Positions 10,810 to 20,537 of a stretch of DNA of 53,809 bases are shown piece by piece. The DNA comes from Marinosulfonomonas sp. (GTDB lineage Bacteria > Pseudomonadota > Alphaproteobacteria > Rhodobacterales > Rhodobacteraceae). The stretch is from NCBI GenBank assembly GCA_019090885.1, contig JAHRVC010000202.1:1-53809 (forward strand), read 5' to 3'. A program made the position numbers and the translations under genes. Position 1 is the stretch's first letter; each line of letters starts with the position of its first letter. The notes beneath the pieces were generated by a model. The model was given only the letters and a program-made list of their open reading frames with translations. It was not told the origin of the DNA and ran no database searches.

Positions 10810-11055
10810 ATGACGCAACGCCTGCACTTGGTATTCGGTGGTGAATTGGTCGCCCCCGAAAAAAGTACTTTCAAGGATGTATCCGAGATTCAAGTCGTGG
10901 GTATATTCCCCGACTATAAATCGGCCTATGATGCGTGGAAATCCGAAGCGCAGCGTACCGTAGACAACGCTCATATGCGCTTTTTCATTGCCCATCTACA
11001 TCGGCTTCGGGACGAAGGCACAGCAGCCTCGGCGACCGAGGAACTTGGAAACTGA
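10810..11055 (+). CDS. DUF4170-like small protein
   Basis: 81 aa (LHLVFGGEL...VVGIFPDYKSAYDAWK) with a GGAGG RBS upstream. It lies immediately upstream of waaA. Confidence 0.65.
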   Translation: MTQRLHLVFGGELVAPEKSTFKDVSEIQVVGIFPDYKSAYDAWKSEAQRTVDNAHMRFFIAHLHRLRDEGTAASATEELGN

Positions 11056-11066
11056 GCGTCTGACGG

Positions 11067-12293
11067 ATGGGGCTTCCGCTTGCATTTTACAATTTTGTCG
11101 CGCCGTTTAGGCCTCGGTTTCAGGTGCGGCCTAGCAGTGTAGAGTCTAAGCGATTGCGCCCCGCCGGACCGCTGGTTTGGTTGCATGCAGTTAATAGCGC
11201 CAACCGATTACTAATTTCCGAGATCGTGTCAAACCTATCAGATCAAATACCCGACTTGTGGGTGTTGGTTACGACAATTGATGGCGCGACTTTAGAATTA
11301 CCAGACAATTGCATCCAGCAAATCGTGTCCGAAGATTCGGTTCAGTCCGTTCAGGATTTCCTGCAGTTCTGGAAGCCTGATGTCGCTGTTTGGTTTTCGG
11401 GGAACCTGCGGCCAAATTTGATCTTTCAGACCGCGGAAAGAAGCACGCCCCTGTTTTTACTCGATACCGGCGTTGCCATTGAAGCCGCACATAGCTTGCG
11501 CAGATGGCCCGGCCTTAGGGCCGAAATTTTGGGCAAGTTCGACCACCTACTTGCTGGCGATGACACTACTGTACGAGCTTTGAAAAATGCCGGAGCAGTT
11601 GCCAATGCGGTCCGGAAAACCGGTGTTTTGGAACATGTTGGCGACGCCTTGCCATGCAGCCCCGCTGAACGGGACGATCTGGCTTCTTTGTTGGACACGC
11701 GTCCCGTGTGGCTGGCCGCCGACATTCATTTGTCCGAGCTTGAGGCGATAATCGCCGCTCATAAACAGGCCATGCGCCGCGCGCATCGTTTCCTGCTTAT
11801 CATTGCACCTGACGACCCGGATGAAGGAAAGGTCTACGCTGACCGTTTAAAAGCCGAAGGTCTGTCCATTGCACAGCGGTCGCTAGGTGAAGAACCTGAA
11901 AGCGAAACCCAAGTTTATCTTGCCGACACAGATGGAGAAATGGGGCTTTGGTATCGCCTCGCACCGATAAGTTTCATTGGGCAAACACTGGTTGATCGCC
12001 CCGGCATCGGACCAGACCCATTTAATGCGGCCGCTCTAGGATCAGTTGTTATTCATGGCCCATGCCTCGGTGATTATCAGAACTTGTTTCGCCGCCTTGG
12101 TCGCGCCAAAGCCGCCCGCCAAGTCGAGAATTCCAGCGAGCTGGCACAAACGCTTGAGGGACTTCTTGCCCCGACGTTGACGGCCGAGATGGCCCATGCT
12201 GCTTGGGAAACGACCACTGCCGGCGCAGTCGTATTGGAAACGGTCGTTGAATTGATATTGGGTGCGCTCGATGACAAGGGAACACCGGCATGA
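11067..12293 (+). CDS. waaA: 3-deoxy-D-manno-octulosonic acid (Kdo) transferase
   Basis: 408-aa glycosyltransferase-like protein with LVWLHAV near the N-terminus and an ATGA overlap with lpxK. This is the conserved waaA-lpxK pairing. Confidence 0.8.
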   Translation: MGLPLAFYNFVAPFRPRFQVRPSSVESKRLRPAGPLVWLHAVNSANRLLISEIVSNLSDQIPDLWVLVTTIDGATLELPDNCIQQIVSEDSVQSVQDFLQFWKPDVAVWFSGNLRPNLIFQTAERSTPLFLLDTGVAIEAAHSLRRWPGLRAEILGKFDHLLAGDDTTVRALKNAGAVANAVRKTGVLEHVGDALPCSPAERDDLASLLDTRPVWLAADIHLSELEAIIAAHKQAMRRAHRFLLIIAPDDPDEGKVYADRLKAEGLSIAQRSLGEEPESETQVYLADTDGEMGLWYRLAPISFIGQTLVDRPGIGPDPFNAAALGSVVIHGPCLGDYQNLFRRLGRAKAARQVENSSELAQTLEGLLAPTLTAEMAHAAWETTTAGAVVLETVVELILGALDDKGTPA

Positions 12294-13294
12294 GGGCGCC
12301 TGAATTTTGGGGAATGCCGCCCGACAATCCCGGATGGCGTGCGCATATATTGGCGCCAATTTCATATGCTGTTGCGGCGGCCACTCGCAATCGGGTTGGC
12401 CGCGCGGCTACATATAAACCTCGGGTTCCGGTTGTTTGTGTTGGCAATATCAATGTGGGTGGCACCGGCAAAACACCGACTGTAATTGCGCTGGCCCAAA
12501 GACTGGTTGAAACGGGGCAGACGCCACATATCGTATCGCGTGGTCATGGCGGGACGATCGCCGGGCCGGTGCAGGTAAACGAACGTCTGCATGCTGCTGC
12601 CGATGTGGGCGATGAGCCGCTTTTACTGGCCGCCTTTGCCCCCACATGGGTGTCGCGCGATCGCGCTGCCGGCGTGCGAAAGGCCGAACAAAACGGGGCC
12701 GGAATTATTCTGCTGGATGACGGGTTTCAAAACCCATCTGTCGCCAAAGATTATTCGATAATCGTGGTTAACGCCGGTTATGGTTTTGGCAACGCCCGCG
12801 TTATGCCCGCCGGTCCATTGCGCGAAACCCTATCCAACGGGCTGGCCCGCGCTGATGTTCTGCTGTCCATCGGGCCAGAACACGCACAGCAGAAGTTCCT
12901 TGATATTTGGCACAATAAAATAGATTGCCGCCATATCACCGGCGACCTCGTTCCACTTGCAACAGGAATGGACTGGAAGGGCCTAAAAGTGCTGGCCTTC
13001 GCAGGAATTGGGCACCCGGAAAAGTTCTTTCAGACGCTGAAAACCCTTGGGGCCAATATTGTTCAGGCAAACCCGCTGGACGATCACCAGCCCTTAACAA
13101 GTGGCTTGTTAAAACGGTTAGAATCCGAGGCACAGCGGCTTGGTGCGCAACTGGTGACGACCGAAAAGGACGCCACCCGCTTGCCGACAGAATACCGGCA
13201 AAAGGTTTTGACTTTGCCCGTCAGGCTGCAACTGAATGATTGGTCTGCGCTGGATGCCGACCTTGATCAGCTGACAGCGCAGAAACCAGATTAA
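12290..13294 (+). CDS. lpxK: tetraacyldisaccharide 4'-kinase
   Basis: P-loop VGNINVGGTGKTP and SRGHGG, typical of LpxK. Confidence 0.9.
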   Translation: MRAPEFWGMPPDNPGWRAHILAPISYAVAAATRNRVGRAATYKPRVPVVCVGNINVGGTGKTPTVIALAQRLVETGQTPHIVSRGHGGTIAGPVQVNERLHAAADVGDEPLLLAAFAPTWVSRDRAAGVRKAEQNGAGIILLDDGFQNPSVAKDYSIIVVNAGYGFGNARVMPAGPLRETLSNGLARADVLLSIGPEHAQQKFLDIWHNKIDCRHITGDLVPLATGMDWKGLKVLAFAGIGHPEKFFQTLKTLGANIVQANPLDDHQPLTSGLLKRLESEAQRLGAQLVTTEKDATRLPTEYRQKVLTLPVRLQLNDWSALDADLDQLTAQKPD

Positions 13295-13960
13295 TTACTC
13301 ACCAAGCTCTTCATCCAGAACGGCAGCGAATTCAGCATAGTTCATATTGCTGTATTTCTTGCCATTAATGATGAATGACGGGGTCGAGTTGATGTCGTCA
13401 GCCTGCGCGTTCTGCTGATAAAGGGCAACCATCGCCTGCGCCATATCGCCATCGTTCAAACAGGCGTCCAACTGCTCATCGTTCAGCCCCGCCGTTTTGC
13501 CAATTTTGCGAAGGTTATCAGCCACAATCGCCGGGTCGCCATCTGCAAGCCAGTCAGATTGCGCCTCATAAATCAGGTCCGAAATTCCAAAGTAACGCAG
13601 CGGTCCACCGCATCGTGCCACGACACCGGCCCACAATCCGAACCGATCAAAATAAACTTCGCGGTAGATAAAGTTGATTTTGCCGCTGTCGATATAATTG
13701 GCCTTCAGTTCGTCCAGCACCGACAGATGAAAGCTTCTGCAATGGGGGCAAGTGAACGAGGCATATTCGATGACCGTTACGGCGGCATCCGGGTTCCCGA
13801 TGGACATTTCCTTGACGATCGAAGTATCGATATCGGACTCTGCTGGCGCGTCTCGAACGACCTCGGTTGTGTCCGGTTTTTGCGAATTGGATGTGTACCA
13901 ATATGCGCCTGCGCCCAATACGGCGATCAGCGCAATGGCGATTGTTGTCGTGCGGTTCAT
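13295..13960 (-). CDS. DsbA family thiol:disulfide oxidoreductase
   Basis: N-terminal membrane anchor or signal sequence and a thioredoxin-fold CPHC active site (FTCPHCRSF). Confidence 0.85.
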   Translation of the reverse strand: MNRTTTIAIALIAVLGAGAYWYTSNSQKPDTTEVVRDAPAESDIDTSIVKEMSIGNPDAAVTVIEYASFTCPHCRSFHLSVLDELKANYIDSGKINFIYREVYFDRFGLWAGVVARCGGPLRYFGISDLIYEAQSDWLADGDPAIVADNLRKIGKTAGLNDEQLDACLNDGDMAQAMVALYQQNAQADDINSTPSFIINGKKYSNMNYAEFAAVLDEELGE

Positions 13961-13972
13961 ATAGTTGCCTCT

Positions 13973-14491
13973 TTACTTTTTTGGCCGGGATAGAACATTT
14001 TCACCAAGTGCTTCAAGTGCTGCGCGTAAACTGCCGTCGGCGACCCCGGCGACATCTTTTTTGACACGCGCTGATTTCTTCTTAGATACTTTTGTGGGTG
14101 GCTTAGGACTGGCACCCTCGAATGCAATCGCGCCCTCTGAAAATCCGGTGGCGGCGGTTTGAGTGATCCTAACTCTGGATATTGCCGCGTATCCGTAACA
14201 GGAATTCACCCGTTCCTGAATTTTCGGTAACTCCGCCTGCAGCAAAACTGCGTTGGCACCTTTGACCAGAATCGTAAGCGTCGCGCCAAGCCCGCCTTTG
14301 CTATAACCGACTTTGACGGGCACAGATATCCGGGCTGTTTCTTCGCCAACGATCTCTGCCCATTGGGTCAAAAGCCGGGAAACAGCAAATCCGCGCGACT
14401 CACCAGCTTGGCGAATCCGCGTTTGCAACAGCTGCGACGCCATTCGAAATCCATTCTTTCTGGCGAATCGTCCGTTTTTTCGTTGCGACAT
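13973..14491 (-). CDS. DUF721 / DciA-like protein
   Basis: 172 aa with WAEIVGEE...LTILVKGANAVLLQAELPKI, resembling DUF721. It is divergent from mutY, as in many alphaproteobacteria. Confidence 0.6.
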   Translation of the reverse strand: MSQRKNGRFARKNGFRMASQLLQTRIRQAGESRGFAVSRLLTQWAEIVGEETARISVPVKVGYSKGGLGATLTILVKGANAVLLQAELPKIQERVNSCYGYAAISRVRITQTAATGFSEGAIAFEGASPKPPTKVSKKKSARVKKDVAGVADGSLRAALEALGENVLSRPKK

Positions 14492-14573
14492 AGGTGGCGG
14501 TTCCTGTTTGTGCGCCTATTCTAGCGGACAGTCCGAACCTTGCCAGCCCAAAGAGGGAAATGAGTTATGAACA

Positions 14574-15584
14574 TTGCGTGAAAACCAGCTCAGCTCCCTA
14601 ATTCTGGATTGGTATGATGAAAACGCCCGCCAATTGCCATGGCGCGTGCCGCCCTATGAAGGAAAGCAGGGTAAAAGGGCAGACCCGTATTTCGTCTGGC
14701 TTTCAGAGGTCATGTTGCAGCAAACCACTGTTGCCGCCGTTAAAAGCTATTTTCGTGTATTCACCACCCGCTGGCCGTCGGTGCAATCGCTGGCCGCAGC
14801 GCAAGACGCCGATGTGATGGCCGCCTGGGCGGGGCTGGGATATTATGCGCGGGCGCGAAACTTATTGAAATGCGCGCGGATCGTCACCAGCCAACATCAG
14901 GGTAAATTTCCTGAAACGGTCGAAGAATTAATTCAGTTGCCGGGTATCGGCCCATACACGGCCGGGGCCATTGCGGCCATCGCTTTTGATAGTCCGGCGA
15001 CAGTCGTGGATGGAAATGTCGAACGCGTCATTGCGCGAATGTTTGATATTGCGAGCCCCCTGCCGTCCGCCAAACGCATACTTTCAGACTATGCTGCAAC
15101 CCTGACCCCCAACGAACGCCCCGGCGATTATGCGCAAGCAGTGATGGATATCGGCGCCACGATTTGTTCTGTGAAATCACCACAATGTGGAATTTGTCCG
15201 TGGCGACACGAATGTAAGGCCCGCGCGAACGGGACACAGGAAAAGCGCCCCGTTAAGTCACCAAAACCCAAAAAGCCAATCCGCTATGGAATGGCCTATG
15301 TCGCGCGACGAGCCGATGGCGCCCTGCTACTGGAACGCAGGCCCGACGCAGGGCTGTTGGGCGGAATGCTCGGCTGGCCGGGTTCGGATTGGGGCGATGT
15401 CCCGCTGGAAAATCCCCCCCTTGCCGCGAACTGGACGCAAGTAGGCGGCGAAGTGCGCCACACCTTCACGCATTTTCACCTGCGTCTGTCTGTTCACATT
15501 GCCGACGTGGAACATGGTGCAAACCCGCAAAGTGGTGAATTCGTCGCCGCATCAGAATTTCGGCCATCGGATCTGCAACATTGA
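14574..15584 (+). CDS. mutY: A/G-specific adenine DNA glycosylase
   Basis: HhH-GPD element LPGIGPYTAGAIAAIAF, Fe-S cluster loop C-x6-C-x2-C-x5-C (CSVKSPQCGICPWRHEC) and a NUDIX-like C-terminal domain. The TTG start is uncertain. Confidence 0.9.
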   Translation: MRENQLSSLILDWYDENARQLPWRVPPYEGKQGKRADPYFVWLSEVMLQQTTVAAVKSYFRVFTTRWPSVQSLAAAQDADVMAAWAGLGYYARARNLLKCARIVTSQHQGKFPETVEELIQLPGIGPYTAGAIAAIAFDSPATVVDGNVERVIARMFDIASPLPSAKRILSDYAATLTPNERPGDYAQAVMDIGATICSVKSPQCGICPWRHECKARANGTQEKRPVKSPKPKKPIRYGMAYVARRADGALLLERRPDAGLLGGMLGWPGSDWGDVPLENPPLAANWTQVGGEVRHTFTHFHLRLSVHIADVEHGANPQSGEFVAASEFRPSDLQH

Positions 15585-15662
15585 TGCGCAAAGTGTTTGA
15601 TCTGTCGTTAAATGCCGCCAGTTGATTTGAGAAATTTCCCGCTTGGGTGCTAGGATACGATC

Positions 15663-16796
15663 ATGAGCCCGGAACCAAAATACAGAAACCTGCCGAACGC
15701 TTTTCCGTTCTGGATATCTTTTGCGTTGGTGCCGGTGATAATTTTTGCGGCAATAGAAGGCGGCTGGGCTTTGGTTTTGCCGCCACTCGCGTCTTGGGTG
15801 GCCTTCAACGTGTTGGATATGGCTATCGGGTTAAACACCGACAGCGCGGACCCGGAAACCAAGGAAGATCAGTTATTCTGGCACAAGTTGATTACCAGCG
15901 TCTGGATGCCAGTTCAGTTTTTCCTTTTGTTTGGCCTGATCTGGTATGTCGGTGGCAGCGACCATCTTAGCGGCTGGGAAAAGGTTGCGCTGTTTTTTGG
16001 TGTCGGAATTCTGACCGGGACCGTTGGCATCAATTACAGCCATGAATTGATGCATCAGAAAAACCGTCAGGAACGCTGGTTCGCTGATCTACTGCTGGCG
16101 ATGGTGATGTATTCACATTTTCGATCCGAACATCTTTTGGTGCATCACCGCTATGTCGCCACGCCCCGTGATCCGGTGACGGCGTTATATAATGAAGGGT
16201 TCCATCGGTTTTTTCCACGCGTTCTGGTGCAATGCTGGAAATCATCCTTTGCCGCTGAAAAGGCGATGCTGGGGCGAAAAGGGCTGGCCGCATGGGATCG
16301 GGCAAACCCGTTTTGGCGTTACTGGGCCTTGCAGGCTAGCTTTTTATTGCTGGCCGTCCTTTTGGGCGGATGGGCCGGGCTGGGGCTATTCCTTTACCAA
16401 GCCTTTATCGCGATCTGGCAGCTGGAACTGGTCAATTACATTGAACACTATGGGCTGGTGCGCAAACACCTTGGCCAAGGGCGTTATGAAATCGCACAAC
16501 CCAGGCATTCCTGGAACGCGAACCAAAAAGCATCAAGCTGGCTGTTGATTAATCTACAGCGCCATTCGGATCACCATTTTAAACCGGATCGCCGTTTTCC
16601 GCTGCTTCAGACCTATACCAAAGCCGACGCCCCGCAGTTGCCGTTTGGTTACCCTTTTATGACATTCATTGCGATGTATCCGCCTGCATTCAGACGGATA
16701 ATGAACCCAAAGGTTCGCAAGTGGCGCGCTATGTTTTACCCGGAAATCACCGACTGGGCGCCTTACAAGAACGCAAGTAACTCAAGGCCGCGCTAA
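15663..16796 (+). CDS. alkB: alkane 1-monooxygenase-like integral-membrane di-iron hydroxylase
   Basis: All AlkB histidine boxes are present: HELMHQ, EHLLVHHRY, NYIEHYGL and LQRHSDHH. It also has N-terminal TM helices. Confidence 0.82.
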   Translation: MSPEPKYRNLPNAFPFWISFALVPVIIFAAIEGGWALVLPPLASWVAFNVLDMAIGLNTDSADPETKEDQLFWHKLITSVWMPVQFFLLFGLIWYVGGSDHLSGWEKVALFFGVGILTGTVGINYSHELMHQKNRQERWFADLLLAMVMYSHFRSEHLLVHHRYVATPRDPVTALYNEGFHRFFPRVLVQCWKSSFAAEKAMLGRKGLAAWDRANPFWRYWALQASFLLLAVLLGGWAGLGLFLYQAFIAIWQLELVNYIEHYGLVRKHLGQGRYEIAQPRHSWNANQKASSWLLINLQRHSDHHFKPDRRFPLLQTYTKADAPQLPFGYPFMTFIAMYPPAFRRIMNPKVRKWRAMFYPEITDWAPYKNASNSRPR

Positions 16797-16807
16797 GGGC
16801 CCGTGGC

Positions 16808-16840
16808 AAAAAAATGCCCCGCCAAATAAATGACGGGGCA
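16808..16840 (-). terminator. Rho-independent terminator downstream of ccrM
   Basis: 7-bp stem TGCCCCG/CGGGGCA (16815-16840). On the minus strand it is followed by a T7 run (A-run 16808-16814). Confidence 0.6.
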
Positions 16841-16895
16841 AGTAAGTGCTGTGGTGTCAGGCCACAGGCACCGGCGGTAATCTTTGAAATTTTTT

Positions 16896-18005
<1,110 letters not shown>

Positions 18006-18050
18006 TTATCCCCGCGCCGTTTTGGTGGCGTCGTTATTTAGGACAAAGAT

Positions 18051-18090
18051 GAGTCAAAGGTGATTCGCCGTCAATTTCTTTTTTCGAATC
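18051..18090. promoter_or_regulatory. cluster of three GANTC (CcrM target) sites in the rnhB-ccrM spacer
   Basis: GAGTC at 18051-18055, GATTC at 18062-18066 and GAATC at 18086-18090, all within the 92-bp region upstream of the ccrM start. Confidence 0.45.
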
Positions 18091-18727
18091 AATCACTTAA
18101 AGATTTATCTTGATACAACATATTGTGGACGGGTTTGAACGAACGTCTATGATGTGGGGTCACACCAAGATTTTGCAGTGCGGTCAGGTGTTCTTTTGTT
18201 GGATAGCCCGCGTTTTTGGCCCAGCCATACCCCGGATGCTGTTGCGCTAAATCCACCATCAGCTGATCGCGCCAGGTTTTTGCTACAATTGACGCCGCTG
18301 AAATCGACAGTGATCTGGCGTCACCTTTCACGATCGCTGTTGCCCGCCCCATAAGACCGGGCGGTATCCGGTTTCCATCGACCAGCACATGATCTGCATT
18401 TCCCTTTAGCCCGGCAACAGCGCGTTCCATTGCCAGCATCGAGGCGTGGAGAATGTTCATCTCATCAATTTCACTGACTGAGGCCTGCCCAATCGAGACA
18501 TCGGCAACTTGCCAGATTTGCTGTGTCAGACTTTCCCGCACAGCGGGGCGGATAACCTTAGAATCATTCAGCCCCGGCGGAATGTTCGCCGGATCCAGTC
18601 GAACAGCACCGGCCACTACCGGGCCAGCCAGTGGGCCGCGGCCGACCTCATCGACACCGGCCACATAGACTGCCCCGCGCGCCATCGCTGTATTTTCATA
18701 TTCAAAGTCAGGAAATGTTTTTGCCAT
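18089..18727 (-). CDS. rnhB: ribonuclease HII
   Basis: Active-site region VAGVDEVGRGPLAGPVV. The start is set at MAKTFPDFEYE because the ORF-track extension to 18766 overlaps the upstream terminator T-tract. Confidence 0.92.
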   Translation of the reverse strand: MAKTFPDFEYENTAMARGAVYVAGVDEVGRGPLAGPVVAGAVRLDPANIPPGLNDSKVIRPAVRESLTQQIWQVADVSIGQASVSEIDEMNILHASMLAMERAVAGLKGNADHVLVDGNRIPPGLMGRATAIVKGDARSLSISAASIVAKTWRDQLMVDLAQQHPGYGWAKNAGYPTKEHLTALQNLGVTPHHRRSFKPVHNMLYQDKSLSD

Positions 18728-18764
18728 GACGTCTGATGACAGAGGGGGCACAAGATACGCAAAC

Positions 18765-18799
18765 AAAAAAAGGGGCGGGGGTCATTTGACCACCCGCCC
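18765..18799 (-). terminator. Rho-independent terminator downstream of the 155-aa gene
   Basis: GC-rich 11-bp stem with one bulge (18773-18799). On the minus strand it is followed by TTTTTTTGTTT. Confidence 0.75.
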
Positions 18800-18865
18800 A
18801 AGGAACCGTCGCGGAAAGCTGGGGAGACCACGCCGGGTATTCTATTTCATTTCATCGTGTTCAGT

Positions 18866-19333
18866 TCATCGTGCGTAGCGGGCCACCTGATAGCCCCGCT
18901 CGCGCAGGCATTTTGCGTCATAGACGTCCGCGCGACGGCCATACCGAACCCGAATCCGATCCTGACAGTCCGACGGCAATCTATTCACAAAGCTTGTGGT
19001 TTCTTTCAGACATAAGGTGCCAAACACCGCGCGCTCGCCGTTTCTAGTGCGAATGTTGAAAAGACATTCACCCGGCAATGAATATCGCAGACGTTTCATG
19101 CGCGCGGGCCCCGGAAGCGGTGCGGGACGGTTTTGATGTCGCGAGACATCAGCCCGGGCCACTGTCTGGCGGCTTCTTTTGTTGTCCGCGATCACTTTGG
19201 CAATAATGGCCAAGGTCAGGGCACCCGCCAGAATACGACCGACATCTTTGTTGCTCGCTTGTGCTGGGCTGGTGGACAAACTGCCAAGAACAATGCTGGC
19301 AGCAAGAATTGACGATGTAATAAATCTGGTCAT
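18866..19333 (-). CDS. hypothetical secreted protein with four Cys
   Basis: Signal peptide MTRFITSSILAASIVLGSLSTSPAQA and a basic C-terminal region with 4 Cys. It has its own terminator. No family recognised. Confidence 0.6.
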   Translation of the reverse strand: MTRFITSSILAASIVLGSLSTSPAQASNKDVGRILAGALTLAIIAKVIADNKRSRQTVARADVSRHQNRPAPLPGPARMKRLRYSLPGECLFNIRTRNGERAVFGTLCLKETTSFVNRLPSDCQDRIRVRYGRRADVYDAKCLRERGYQVARYAR

Positions 19334-19493
19334 GGACGTTCCTTTCAGTGCATTGCGGCAGAGACACCGACGATGAAATGAACATGGCGCCGACCTGTTC
19401 GGTTAAACAATAACGGGCCGGAGTTATCGGATAACATCGGGTAGTTGGGCCTTGGTTATTGAATATCAAACAGGTAGCAGGCATGTTTTACCC

Positions 19494-19790
19494 ATGAAAA
19501 AACTCATGCAAACTGCGCTTATTGCGCTCGCACTTTCGCTCGTGGCCGGCACCTCATCCGCTGCGTGTTATGCAGATTACAAAGCAAAGCAGGACAACCC
19601 GCTGCGATTACACTACGGTGTCATAAAACTGCCGGACACTGCGTGTCGCGATCAGGATCGGGCCGCCGCTTTGGTGGCCAAAAAGATTGGATCGGCGTCG
19701 TGGAAATTGTTAAGCATAATCTCGCTGTTTGATGAAAGCGGATTGGATCAAAGGAAAACGAGTGCCGGGCAGTTCTTCCTACGCTTCTAA
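19494..19790 (+). CDS. hypothetical small secreted protein
   Basis: Signal peptide MKKLMQTALIALALSLVAGTSSAA and a mature part with 2 Cys (CYADYKAK...DTAC). The start is chosen at MKK rather than the TTG at 19452. Confidence 0.55.
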   Translation: MKKLMQTALIALALSLVAGTSSAACYADYKAKQDNPLRLHYGVIKLPDTACRDQDRAAALVAKKIGSASWKLLSIISLFDESGLDQRKTSAGQFFLRF

Positions 19791-20466
19791 CAAGAGAATT
19801 TCCGGGGAACGCGTCGTCGCGCTGGGCGTCGCAGCAATCGTTGCGATCCTGTTCATTGCTGCCGTTTTGCTGTTTACGAATCTTCCTGACGCAAATGCTT
19901 TCAACGAACGTGTCGAACAGATTTTTGTCCAAAACGACAATCTGACATCGGGCGCCGAGATCAAGCTGCTCGAAATTCTAGCCCAGTCGGGAACCTCTTT
20001 TTCCGAGGTCCTGGCCAGCTATCGCACCGTGATCTTCGTATTGCTGATTTTCGCGACGTCCCTGCTGATTGCAGCACTTGTCTTTCTGGTGACAATCATC
20101 GCGCTGAACCGGCGCATGGGCGAGATTGAGCGCGCCGGAATTCAGGTGAATTCGCTTTTGATAAGCCGGGCCGAACGAACGGTGTTCCTTAACAACATGG
20201 AATTCAAGCTGACCGAAGCGGCGATAGAAACCTTGTCCGTCCTTGCCGAGGCCCGGATGGATGAGGACATTTTGTCGGGGATCGAAATCGAAGCAGTGAT
20301 TTCCGGCAAGTCGAGTGCCGATTGCGATGAAGCCGCCGGTGCGACCCGCATCAAACGGCTGCGCGACACTTTGGGCAACCAGATGGTCAGCGAGCTGTTG
20401 ATAAAGAACGTGGCCCGCCGGGGATATATGCTGGCAATCGACAAAGATGTCATTCGCATGATCTGA
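19729..20466 (+). CDS. membrane-anchored OmpR/PhoB-type winged-helix DNA-binding protein (no receiver domain)
   Basis: Two predicted TM helices (VVALGVAAIVAILFIAAVLLF; VIFVLLIFATSLLIAALVFLVTIIAL). The C-terminal region (FKLTEAAIETLSVLA...ATRIKRLRDTLG...VARRGYML) matches the trans_reg_C pattern. Confidence 0.6.
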   Translation: MMKADWIKGKRVPGSSSYASNKRISGERVVALGVAAIVAILFIAAVLLFTNLPDANAFNERVEQIFVQNDNLTSGAEIKLLEILAQSGTSFSEVLASYRTVIFVLLIFATSLLIAALVFLVTIIALNRRMGEIERAGIQVNSLLISRAERTVFLNNMEFKLTEAAIETLSVLAEARMDEDILSGIEIEAVISGKSSADCDEAAGATRIKRLRDTLGNQMVSELLIKNVARRGYMLAIDKDVIRMI

Positions 20467-20537
20467 TAACCTTTTGACCGAGCTGGATTTACGGTATTGG
20501 TTGGGTTCACCGAATCTAAAAAGGATCGTGGGGGAGC

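Noticed and set aside
13292-13297. The lpxK and dsbA-like genes converge with directly abutting stop codons (TAA|TTA) and no spacer or terminator.
   Set aside because: This is real but probably just compact genome organisation, with no additional structure to interpret. Similar tight convergent junctions occur at 4972/4978, 29536/29554, 35498/35512 and 47723/47738.
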